Shown in pieces: positions 52,526 through 64,000 of a stretch of DNA of 64,000 nt. Origin of the DNA: Camelus ferus. Its lineage: Eukaryota. Position 1 is the stretch's first letter; each line of letters begins with the position of its first letter. Location: NCBI RefSeq assembly GCF_009834535.1, contig NC_045696.1:38752001-38816000 (forward strand). The letters are read 5' to 3'. The notes under the pieces were generated by a model. It had not been told where the DNA came from and did no database searches. It worked only from the letters and a program-made list of their open reading frames with translations. Made by a program: the position numbers and the translations under genes.

Positions 52526-54084
52526 TAAGGGGTAGAATGAGGATTCAAACTCATCTCTGAAGCAAAAAGCCATATTCTCATATACTGTGAATTCTATCTT
52601 TTTATTAAATTACTTATTGCTTCTTCTTTTAAGCCCATTGCCATTTCCCCATATGGTCTTGAGTCCCCTCTGCACATAGAATTTCTATTAAAATAAAAAT
52701 CATATGGATGAGGGGAAAAAAACATAAGGCCAATACTCCCTTTTCACTTTCCTTTAATATTCTTACCCTGCTTTGTAATCATATCTCTTTTATCCCAGAA
52801 GCTCAAAGTGCTTTATAAACTTTATGTCAATAGCAGACACTCAATTCCCTATGGCAAGCAGAAATTATATATATATATCTCCAACAAATTCTCAAAAGCG
52901 AAGTCATTTTTCAAACTACTGCTTTAGAATTTGATAATCACAGCTTCTGTGAGCACAGAGAGAAGGAAGTGGCTAAGTGCATGGCGTAGCGGGGGAGCCA
53001 TCCATGGCTCATTAATAGCATTCTGTGCTTGCTGAGGGTAGAAAAGATTTCCCTTTGGTCTCCCACACTGTTTGAAACTCACTTCAATTCACTGTTTTAT
53101 ATGAAAGACTGGTAGCAAACTAAGTACAAGATTACAATCTAGTGGCAGTAGCTTGCTGGTTGTGACATTGCACCAAAGTCATAAATCTACTGTTTGGATC
53201 CTTGTGGACATTCCTCCAGATATATATATATATTAGCAGGGGGTATGTGGTTAAGTGCGTACGTTTATGTGTGTGTGTGTGTATGCGCGCACATGCATAC
53301 ACATACCTGTGCAAAAGGGGTGTGGGTGCATATGTATGTGTGTGTTTTAAATTTTAAAATAAAATGCATTCTGACTTAGCAAGCAGAGCATCAGCCTGGC
53401 TGCCCACTAAGTATGACCTCACTAATATTCAGGTTTTCCTAACTTTTCCAAGGAAATACACTAGTATGAATTAAGTGCAAGTTTGACTGTCTTCCCTGAA
53501 CAGTCTCTCTCCAGCGATTCATATGGATTTCATAAATACTTTGTGGCACTTACCTGGCAACTCTTTTTCCCTCAATCTTTGGACCTCCATGTTTACAGCA
53601 ACATTAACTAGCAATCAAAATAAAAATACTTATAAAATACTTGAAAATTTTGAGATATCATATATCAACCACAAAAAATTAATCCTTTATCTTATAACAT
53701 TTGTTGAGTGTGGATTTGTTTATAAAATCACAAATTCAGTTATAGGAAAATATAATACCACTGGTTTCAGTTCAAGATGGTATATTGTGTTCAGGCTGCA
53801 GCCTCCTGCTCCCACCTAAAAACTTCTGACATGAGAGAAAAGATATATATACACTGTTTACAGCATACAGTCACATGAACAAGCAAGCAAGAGTGTCATC
53901 CAGAAATAATAACAAGAAAAAATTGGAGAAATGAACAAAGACAAAAAGCAAACAGAATCAGGTTGAGTAAAGGGAACCATAGCCAAAACCACGCTCAGGA
54001 AAGGACAGTTGGGAGTAAGAGGAATGTGGGGAAGGTGGTGCCACCAACTGCAATAAAGATCTAGAGGAGGAGGAAGGGGATGGG

Positions 54085-55000
54085 CTGGTAGTGGGAGAAG
54101 ATGGTGAGTTTAATTTGGGTCATGTTACCTGTGAGATGCCTATGGAACATGCAGTGAAAATGTCTGGACAGCAATTAGAAAGATAAATCTGAAGCTCAGG
54201 AGGAAAACTTGACTAAAGTGAAAGATCTTGGAGTTGGTAGCATAAAAGTGATTATGAAACCCAAACTCTGGTATTTCCTAGGAAGAACTTTTAGAGAAAG
54301 GAAAGGAGTTGAACCAGGCTGGAACTCTGTGACATACCATACTGAGGAAGCAGCACAGGTGCTGTTTCCAAAGGTACCTAAGAATGAGAGGTGACAGAGG
54401 AGCAGGGAGGGAGAGGAGGCCATTGCATCCCAAATCTAAGAGAATACTTACAGCATTTCAGACAGGAGCAAATAAGCAGCCGTGTCAAGTGCAGCAGAGA
54501 AGTTCTGGAAGACGGAGACTTCAAAGCATCTATGGCGCTTGGCGCTTCAGAGGCCCTGTGAGATCTCAACAAGATCACTTTCAATGGGTTGGTCCCAGGC
54601 AGAAGCCAGATTATAAAGGGCAAAATGAGATTGAAATATAAATAGAATTGCTAGGTGGAAACCACTTTTAAAGGAAAAGTGGATAAGGTGGCAAGGCAAG
54701 AGATAAATCAGATGCTAGTAGACAAAAAGAAAAATCAGGCTGTTTTTTAAGATAGGAAAGATTTAGGCAATTTAGACACTGAGGGCTAGGGAACTAAAGA
54801 AAATAAACTGGTAGGGCAAAATATCTCAGGAGATGGGAAGGTACAAAATCAAGGACACTGGTGGAGGATTGACTTTGAATAGCAGAAGCGTCCACGTTTC
54901 CCAAGACTTGAAGAGACTGTGTACTGTGGATCTAGAGGGCTTTATGAGGCACATGCATGAAACTGAAGGAAAGGATACCGGGTGCTACTGCATTTCTATG
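54085..55000 (-). mobile_element. L2 fragment
   Basis: gagtttaatttgggtcatgtt..gagatgcctatggaacat..gaagctcaggagg..cagaagccagatt. Confidence 0.7.
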
Positions 55001-55769
55001 CAAAGCAGGAAGAGAGCTGATGTGGGAGTCTGAGGACAAATCTTCATTTAAGGTGAATGTTTAGAATAATTACTGAAATTAAAAAGAAAAATAGCTTATC
55101 AGAAAAAAAAAAAAAAAAAAAAAAAGAAGAAGAAGAAAAGCAGAACCATCAGGATCAAGTTCTCCAGGAACACAGATTTTTCAGAGCCCGGCAAGGGTAA
55201 CCAGCTAAAAATCTTCACCAGAGTTTTTACTGATATGCAATGTAAGTAGCCAAGAAAAGGATCTTCTGGACTGCTAACCCAGTGATTGTGTTAGTTACAC
55301 ACACTCTGCCTCCACTCCTGCCACTCCCCATCTTCAGTCTTGGAGAAAATGAGATGATTAACTAGTCATGCTGACATCCAGGTGATGGTGGAGAACATGA
55401 CTGTGTTTTGACAGTGGTGTGCATGCTTCTGTGATTTCCTGCAGGAACAGTTCACCACCTGCCCCCTACCCGCCTCCCTGTGACCTCCCACCCCAACCCT
55501 TGCTCTGGCCAATGTAGAATGGAAATAATAGAGGCTATTGTTTGAAGAGCAGGTACAACAGAAAAAAAATGGGAATTGGGGATGGTAGTTGAGGTAAGCA
55601 ACCAGTAAAGGCAGGTTAGATAATGAAGGCAATAAAGATGCTGCTAGGCTAGAAATAAATAGAAATTTTATGGGCTGGAAGTCTTTATTAGGTAGAAGAG
55701 GAAGTATAATTGTTTGTTTAGGTGAGAGAGCTAAGGAAAAAAGAATGTGGCCAGAAAGTAGAATATTGA

Positions 55770-55973
55770 CAGTGGTTGTTAGAGTCAGCTTATACCAACT
55801 TGTAAGAGATGATGATTAAATAAATAGTCAGGAATTTGGGGAGTGGGTTGTTAAATGGTCATCGCTTGAAATTAGCCATGACTGAAGTATTTACATTACA
55901 GAAATTGGCAAATATTACAAATCAGAGCTTTTTTGTTTTGTTTTCCTCCAGAGAGCCAGTTTACCAACACACT
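55770..55973. mobile_element. MER63A-like hAT element
   Basis: cagtggt start, gcttgaaattagccatg..agtatttacattacagaaattggcaaa..tacaaatcag, gagagccagtttaccaacacact end; atattga on both flanks. Confidence 0.75.
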
Positions 55974-56084
55974 ATATTGATATCTAAGATTTCTGAATAA
56001 GATAATTTCAGGGATGACAGTTTCCAGGTATGGTCTAGGAGTCGGTAGCTAAAGTAAAAATAAAGATAAATGTCTTTAATTAAC

Positions 56085-56240
56085 TAATATAGCTAACATT
56101 TATATGTGCTCTCTCTGACTCAGGCATTATTCCAATCTCATGCATTTATGAGATAGGTGTTACTATTATCCCCATTTTACCAATGAGGAAACTGGGGCAA
56201 AGCAAATTAGGTAGCTTGCCTAATGTTAAAATAGCCGATA
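56085..56240 (-). mobile_element. MIR
   Basis: tattatccccattttaccaatgaggaaactggggc. Confidence 0.8.
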
Positions 56241-56244
56241 AATC

Positions 56245-57410
56245 ATTCTTTTTTTTTTTTTTGCACAAGTATATGTTGACAGACTATAGTAGGCCAGGCA
56301 CTATTCCAGATCTTGGAATTCAGAAGCAAACAAAACAGAAATTAAAAATCTAGTGGGAAGAAAAATAAAGGATTTGGCAAAATATATGGTACATCAGATA
56401 CTGGAGAAAAATAAAACTGGGAGAAAAATGTAACACAAGTGAAGTTATATGAGTGAGACTGACTTTCAGTATTAAATCGAGTGGAGAGGGAAGGTGTCAC
56501 TGAAAAACTACATGTGAATAAAAATCAGAAGAAGGTAAGGGAGCTCCAAGGGAGTAAGGGAACTGGGGGAAAATAATCCAGAGAGTAAAAACAAAAATCG
56601 CCAATGCCCTGAGGAAGGAACATTTTATTCCTTTTCAACTGCAAATTATGTCTTTAAGCTCAATGACTATAAGCTTGTTTTTCCTACTACGATTCTGATT
56701 CATGCCTATTGTCTCTTCATAATTATAACAGTGACCCTTTCACTGTGCAGTAGAGATGATAAAATCTATTAATTGCCCTATTATTATGGCTAGAACAGAG
56801 TATGTAAGGGGAAAGATGGTAAAAGCTGAAGTCAGAGAGTGGATGAAGGCAGAAAGAGGATCAAATCTTAGAGAGAAATGGTTCTCAACCTTGGCTGCAC
56901 ATTATAATCATTCAATTTAGAGAGCTTTATACGGTCCCAAGTTCCAGGCGTGCACCCCAGATGAATTAAGTCAGAATCTCCTGGGGTGGGACACTTGCAT
57001 CAATATTTGTTTTAAGTTCCCTCAGTTGCATCCAATATACAACCAAGTTGGAAAGCCAGTGAAGTGGGACTTTGTAGACAATTGAAAGGACTTTGAGTTT
57101 TCTCTGGGTAAGGTGAGAAGCCATCCTAGGCTTTGGAGTAGAGGCACGACATAATCTGATCATGTTTTAAAAGGCTTGTTCTCGCGTTGAGAAGAGACCG
57201 TAGTGAGGTACAGATGTACGCAGGGAAATTAGGAGGCTTTTGCAATAATCTAGGCAAGGAGATTGTGACGGCTTTGTTAGGTTAGTTGCAGTTGCGTTGA
57301 CAGAAAATGATAGATTCTGTGATGTATTTTGAACATAGAGCCAATAGGATTTGCTACTGGGGGATTGAATAAAGTGTTTAAGCAAAAGAGAAGATTCGAG
57401 GATGACTGTT
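56245..57410 (-). mobile_element. L2 fragment interrupted by MER5A
   Basis: aggccaggcactattccag, ggactttgagttttctctg, gcaataatctaggcaag, agagccaataggatttgct. Confidence 0.75.
56875..57062. mobile_element. MER5A-like hAT-Charlie MITE
   Basis: tggttctcaaccttggctgcacatta...aattaagtcagaatctc...ccaagttggaaagccagtg. Confidence 0.85.
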
Positions 57411-58564
57411 ATCCACAAAATAAGGTCAGGAATAGGCTATAACCATTTCTTGTGGTAATTGTGACTTTATTGTATTGAATAGCTGGCGAATAGACCTAAA
57501 ACTCCTAGAAAACGTCTGGCACATACTAAGGTCTCCATAATGTTATCTATTATTATAGTATATTTCAGAAGACATCACTAAGAGTTTAAAAATTATTTTT
57601 CTGTTACATCTTGGTCTGTTTTTCTAGTGGCTCAAAGTAGTTTTAATTTCCACCATTTAAAAAAATCTAGATATAACCCACAAATATGAGTATTTAAATA
57701 ATACATATAAGTGCGTATCAGCATTTCAAAAGCAATGTGAGTCATGTGAAGTTTCCTTGAACAAATGCAAAGCAAATATTAATTTAAAAAATTAAAGGGA
57801 TCTTTTAAATATTTATGTACTCAAATTATAAATTTAGTAAAGATGGCATTTTACCTTATGCTAGTTATATATTAATAATGAGAGCTGTGTTTTATTAGCA
57901 CACTTTTCTTGTAAATTGTGTTGTGTGGAGTTACGTTTGTGCTGGGGTATAAGAGCAAAATTAATCTACATCACATTCATTTTATATTCAACAGTGGAAA
58001 AAAAAAAGTGAAGTTACATTTATCTACCATTATGTTTTTAAACCGTAAAAGTAACAGTTGAATTACACCCCCTTGATTACATTTTTCAGAAGAAAATATG
58101 TGAAACTTCATGTAGGCAAATGCTATTATTTATTAAGCCTGTACCAGCTTAATGCCAAAGACTAGTCTAAAAATAATGTGATGGTAAACACCTAAATATG
58201 TGAAAGCATAGTGTGCTTGGAACCAAGCAGATGGATGGCTGAATGTTTTATTCTTAAATTAGGAGTTAGAGTAGCAACTTCCAATGGCCTAAATTTATCT
58301 CCTTAAACATTTTAATACTGTAAATGTGTTGTGTCATTTGTAGTACCTGGTACCGTGAAACTGTATTTTATAATATTCCTTATTAATTCTCCTTTTGCAT
58401 ACAGGACTTAAATTGATTTTTTAAATTAGTGTGTAATTTATAGCTATAGTGATAGTTAGAGAAGTTCCATGCATTTTCCTGAACTTCTCTGTTATCATTC
58501 TTACCCCTCATTTGGACCATACAGGAGATTTTGGATTTACAGAACTAAATATTAGACTCAAAAC

Positions 58565-58720
58565 TTGTGGTGTTCAGCCATGCCTGCAATCAGAATCATC
58601 ATCCTAGTGAGATTTTTTTTTTTCAAAATACACATGTATACCCAAGCACATATATTTTGCAAAAGCTTCTCTAGGTAATTCTGATGCACACTAATGAGGC
58701 TTCATCGAGATCTTGACACT
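58565..58720. mobile_element. MER5B-like fragment
   Basis: tgcctgcaatcagaatcatc...aaaagcttctctaggtaattctgatgcaca. Confidence 0.55.
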
Positions 58721-59622
58721 GTGACACCCTGCCCTAGATGCCAAGCAAAAACTTTTTTAAATTTTCTTGGCTTTGTTTAAGTACAGCACACAGTAGCTAA
58801 TGTAGATTACCTTTATGCAAACCTAAGCCAAAAAAAAAAAAATCAAATTCAGTAGTAAGCTTTGTAAGTTAAAGCTATATCATATTCAGATTCACTTTAA
58901 GCTCTTAAAATGCAATTCAGAAATCCAACTGCCATGTTTCACAAATCCCTAGCTACTTTTCTTCCTAGATTTTTTAGGTATATTAGAAATGACAGTTTTA
59001 TTCCTTAAGATTGGAATTTCTGATTCCACTCTTGGTGGCCTCTCCCTTCTATAACTAAAAATACAACTCTGCCTAGCTCAAGTCCAAATCCTTGATGACG
59101 ACAAAAGAAAAAACTCCTTGAAGGATTTAATAAATATTCTATGGGAAACTATAATAAGATTTTCAACTGGAGAGGCCACAAGAGCCAAAATTTCAATAAA
59201 AAGGAGTTACCAACTCTTATTTGTTCAGTGGTTGTTTTAAAATGTGATCTGGTCTTTTCAAATCTGTAAATAACCTCAGCCATTTCTTTTACAAATTCAG
59301 GAGCATTTTTTAAAGTCATAACATGGTCAACTTTGATTTAGAAACATATAAAAAATGAATTTTAACTTTAGTTATAGAAGTAATTCTCCAAGGACTGTTT
59401 TCTGCAAAGTCACTTATAAATCAATTGTTGAGAACTCAGAAAGCATTTTCCCATAAATATTTCTTTTAAAGTTTCTGCTTAAGTCCCTAGGCAGACCCAT
59501 AAAAGCCTGTTTAACACAGACTACAGGTAAAGGATGTAACTTTCAATATGAAAGGGAGCCTGTGGTTTCCTTCCCCCCAAAAAAGAGTGTGTTTTTTACC
59601 CCCTTCCTGCCTGGTCTTGGAC

Positions 59623-59660
59623 AATAAAATAAAATAAAATAAAATAAAATAAAATAAAAA
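59623..59660. repeat. (AAAAT)n microsatellite
   Basis: Directly visible. Confidence 0.95.
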
Positions 59661-59991
59661 ACAATGTTAAGGCTGTTTTGCTATGGCATCCACCCCTTTC
59701 TTCAGCTCCTCTTCTTAGGTCCTCAAATATTCAACTTTTACTGTTTTAAATTCCAATGGTAGTACACCGTCGCCATCCCCTCTTATCCCAGGCTAGGACC
59801 TTTTTCCACTTCATAGAATCACCTGTAACCTGGACCTTCACCTTGCCCTGACATAAGCTCACATTCTTTCATTTACATGATCTTAGCTGGATATAAAGTA
59901 AGACTAATTCATACTTATATGTGATTCACAAATACTGTTTTAATTCCTCCAGATGATTTTGCACTTTTTACATGAACTTGTATATCCAAAT

Positions 59992-60228
59992 AATTTTTTT
60001 CATTATTTATTCTGATAATAATACTTAATGTGAGATCTACTCTCTTGACGAAATTTTAAGTGTGCACTGCAGTGTAGTTCACTACAGGTACAGTGCTGTC
60101 CAGCAGGTCTCTAGAGCTCATTCATCTTGCTTAACTGAAACTTTATGCCTGTTGATTAATAACTCCCTATGTCCCCCTTTCCCCAGCCCCTGGCAACCAC
60201 CATTTCACTCTTGGATTCTGTGAATTTA
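59992..60228 (-). mobile_element. L1MA-like 3' end fragment
   Basis: cttaatgtgagatctactctctt..caggtctctagagctcattcatcttgc..ccccagcccctggcaaccaccatt. Confidence 0.85.
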
Positions 60229-61649
60229 GCCCAAATCGAGATTTAATAATGGAACTTCAGGTAGCAAACCAAAAAGAAATGAGAACATTCAGGCCGTATG
60301 AGTGCGGGTATTTTTAGGCTGAAGAGCAATTAGGAACGCAGAGGTCCACTCCTTTCTGTTGTTGCGGCTCTTCATAGATTCTCATCTTCTGTGTCTTAAG
60401 AAACCAATGTGTTTTTTCCAACATGCAGTTTTCTCACAATAGCCCTCAAGCAACACAGAAGTAAGGGGATGAGAAGTTTACAAAGTGTCCACTGTTTGTA
60501 TACTTCAATCGTGTGTAAACCACGTAGTAAATTAGTACATTTCCTGCGTAGCATATTATAGCTCAAATCAGTGTTTTGGAAATAATAATTTTACAGCCCT
60601 GCAGCTAACCCTTCTACTTTTGTCATTCTGTTCTGAAACGCTGTTGCCATTTTTTACAACGCATAGTTAGTAAACCAAAAAGTCTTTTGGCATACATATG
60701 AACCAAATTTCCATTACTTCATTTTAGAGCATAAATTGTCATTATCTAATAGTGTTTATTGCACCAGATTTGTGAGGAATATGGAAGTTGATTTGTTTAT
60801 TATAGGTAACCAAGACACTGCATAGTGAATTGAATTCTCTGTAAATGTTTATTAAATGATGATGTGAAATTTTTATCAACTCTTCTCTAGAATAGCAGCT
60901 TATCATCTGCTAGGTATAGTATTTTTTATCACTCATATTTAATGTTTTCAGGACTGTGAGTCACCACAGTAATCATTTACTCTGTACAAAGGAGTACTGT
61001 ACATTTTTCAACAAGAAAGTTTGAGGACAGTGATTTATATTGTGGCCCACAGACCTTTGATATTTTGTAAGGCTATTCTGTTGGTGGGCTCAACATTGCT
61101 AAAATTCTCCAGTGATGACCTAGAAAGAAATATTGCAGACATCTGTATAATCTATTTAGTCCCCTTTTCCTCACTCTGCAGCAGAAATGTAAGAATCTGG
61201 TGGTCATAATCTGAGTCAAACCAGAGTCTTGCCCTCAGAAGTGAAGATGCCTGCAGTACAGTCAATATTTCTCATTTACTCATGATTTTCTCAGAGAATC
61301 TCTTATAGTAAACCTAAATTTCCATGAAAAATGCTTCAAGAAAATAACCTACTACTGACTAAAAACTTAAAGTCCTTATTCCATTAAGAGAAAAATAAAT
61401 TCAGCTCAGTTTAATCCCAGTGACTATCCGTTGAATATCTCCTGAGTGCCAGGCATGGTACTAGATCTGGAGATTTTGAAGACGAACAAGACAAGGAATA
61501 TTTATTTCCTGAAATGAGATTATGTTTAAGCCAGTGGGGGAGTGAGAGAGAAAGACAGATACGCATTTGGTTTTAGCCAGTTCTGTTGTAGACAGGATGC
61601 TTGGAGAGCAAGGAGAGAAACTTGGTCCTACTTTATTCCTCCATTTTTC

Positions 61650-62268
61650 TGACCAGTCACCCCCATCCTTCCAATCTATTGCAGGTCCCACTGGCTGTGC
61701 CTCTAAAATAGATCTCAAATCTGACTCAAGCCACTAGTTTCTCTATCCTGTGTTACTCTAATAGCTTCCAAATTGATCTCTCTGCTTCCTTTTTCCATAC
61801 ACAAGTCAGACTATATCACTCCCCAGTGAAAATTCTTCTCTGACTTCTCATTACTTTTAGAATAGATTTCAAACGCTTTACCGTGGCTTACAAGGCCCTA
61901 CCTGATTCTGCCTCTGTCCACCTCTCCGGGCTTCTTCTCCCTCTCCCTCAGCAAGCTCCAGCCTCCGAGGCTTTCAAGTCTCGCACATGCCAAGTTCATT
62001 CCTGTCTTAAGCCCTTTGTGACATGCTGGGAACTAGTCCCAGGCTCCATTATGTCTTTCTCTTTCATATCATCCATTTTACTGATTTTATATTACATTGT
62101 AAAGTATCTCATTTATTTTTCAAATATTTATTTTCTGTCTCCCTGCCTCCAACTAAATATAGTTACAGCCAGAGCAGACACCTTTCTCTTTTGTTCCCAC
62201 TTTCACTCTAGCCATTAGAGCAATGACTGGCCCATGGTAGATGTTAAATGAGTCTTGTTTGAATGAGT
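61650..62268 (+). mobile_element. L2 3' fragment
   Basis: gtcagactatatcactcccc, gtggcttacaaggcccta, and a tgtttgaatgagtga tail. Confidence 0.75.
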
Positions 62269-63839
62269 GACCTTGGGGATTCAGCCAGGATCTCCTAGAA
62301 GAGATGATACTGATCATGAAAAGCTTAGGTGACGAAAGACTGGAAGGGCATTCCTGGGAGAGGGAAGCGTATAAACAAACCACCTTAGACGTGAAATAAC
62401 ATGTTGTAGGGGTGAATTAAATACACATACACAAAAATTGAATCAGAATAGGATATGAGACTAGAGATAAATGCAAAGGTCATGCCTTTATATTGAATAC
62501 TATATTTTATTCTGTCTTTGAAGGTCTCTGAAGGGTTTTCAGCAAATGAATGAGAGGTTAATCTCTGTGTTTCCAGAAATTTTGAATATATTTGTTTAAA
62601 ATAACCCAAAACATTGTTTAGACAATAATGTGATGACTTCAGGACAACATAGCACTCAAATCCTACATTTGCCCTGAGCACAGACTAAGTACTTGAGCTC
62701 AACCTAAGATGAATGGACACCAAGAAGTTTAAAGTATTTGTGGGGCACAACCATAAGTCAGGATTTTGAAAGCCATTGTTAAGAGCTATCATTACTGTGG
62801 GGACACAATGCGGCATGCCAGTGACTGCTGAGATCTGATGGACGTTGTGCTCCAGGGTCTGAGAGAGAGAATCTGGTGGAGCTCTGTGGTTTTGGAAATA
62901 GCAGGCATTATTATGTATAGCTCTCAGAAGCCACCTTCCCATCAGACTCACCCTCTCTGTCACTTAGAGGTTAAGCTCCTTGTTTCTTAGCAGTCAGGTT
63001 GAGAGAGCAAAGAAAAAGAATGAAGACAAACTGAATTTCAGTTACTAAGCTCTGAGATGCAGTGTGCAAATATGCCACATTCGCTCTCTTTCGTTTGTAA
63101 TCTGCCTTCCTGGGAAAAAAAAAAACATATGTCATAAAAAAAATTCAGTTTCTTTTTGATTAATCTCTAGAAGGCAGCCCAAAGATATTAAATCTCAGAG
63201 CTCTCACATTTTTCCTCCTCCCCTCATAAACAATTCAATTCAATTGGAATTAATATTTATTGAGTGCTGACACCAGGCATGGCAGTATAGTAGATGCTGT
63301 GATAGAACTGCTACAAATAAACAGGAGAAAACCAGTGTCCTACCTTGAAAAAAAGAGAAAGCAGCCTTTTTTCTTCAAGGCAATAGAAATAATGTAGCGA
63401 CAGCAACCAGTGCACTACAAGATAATATTAAAGGTTATTTAATTCAGTCACCGTTTATTAACCATTCACCATATTCAAGAAAACCAATATATCCTAAACC
63501 ACACTTAAGGAGGCTATGTTGACAAGGACTAGAAAGAGGAATGTAGATTTTGTTTGAAGGAGAGAACTGCACCATTTATTGAGAAACAGATTTTTGCCAT
63601 ACCTCACGTGTGAATAAGTGGGACTATTCTCTCAGCCAGATGTAGATAAATAGACCCTCATTTGTTGGCTTCTCTGGAGTGTTCTTATTTGTCTGTTTGT
63701 TGTTTGTTTTGGTTTAATGGTCTCAAAGTTCTTTTATACTTTGCTTTATTAAGCTAAATTTTGCTGCCCAAACCAGCTCAGACTGAGTCATTATGGCAAA
63801 CTTTGGGCCAGCTATTTTTTAGATAACTCCAATTAATAA

Positions 63840-64000
63840 TACAAGTTCTAGGTTTACAAATGTTAACCACTATATATAAAAATAGATTTTTGAAAAAGTT
63901 CTTCTGTATAGCACAGGGAACTATATTCAATATCTTATAATAAACTTTAATGAAAAAAATATGAAAATAATATATGTATGTATATCCATGACTGGAGCAT
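63840..64000 (+). mobile_element. Young L1 3' UTR fragment (camelid-like), running off the window end
   Basis: tttacaaatgttaaccactatatataaaa..ctgtatagcacagggaactatattcaatatctt..tatatgtatgtatatccatgactgg. Confidence 0.8.

Larger units (their letters stand above)
1..64000 (+). other. EPHA6: Internal, mostly intronic part of the EPH receptor A6 gene; the flanking kinase exons are not seen in the window
   Basis: Two in-order, phase-compatible exons match consecutive EphA6 kinase segments. I found no exon for the preceding GEFGEVC...EGVVTK segment or the following KHDG... segment. Confidence 0.9.

Noticed and set aside
1..64000. A novel multi-gene system, CRISPR array or prokaryotic-type locus
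   Set aside because: This is eukaryotic intron sequence. There are no long ORFs, no repeat-spacer array, and no tRNA or rRNA that I can recognise.

Overview
AT-rich mammalian genomic DNA, almost all intronic, from the kinase-coding part of the ephrin receptor gene EPHA6 (+ strand). Two coding exons are supported. The first is 126 nt (35521-35646) and encodes the EphA6-specific ~42-aa kinase insert. The second is 62 nt (50424-50485) and encodes the hinge segment RPVMIVVEYMENGSLDSFLR. The intron between them is 14,777 bp. The rest is ancient eutherian repeats (L1M, L2, MIR, CR1, MLT1, MER74, hAT/mariner MITEs), microsatellites and a few younger insertions: a solo LTR with a 5-bp TSD, a 5'-inverted L1, a MER41-like LTR and an L1 3' UTR resembling camelid L1. 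I see no Alu, B1/B2, Bov-tA, PRE-1 or Can-SINE, so a camelid or related artiodactyl is my tentative assignment. Apart from the ORF covering the insert exon (35445-35663), the ORF track is background. I found no evidence of a new multi-gene system. The most interesting signals concern the insert exon: it is skippable in frame, two competing RNA helices could mask its acceptor or donor, and a +4/+4 pair of alternative splice sites would give an identical protein. Repeat family names come from my recall of consensus sequences, boundaries of old repeats are approximate, and all need RepeatMasker/Dfam confirmation.
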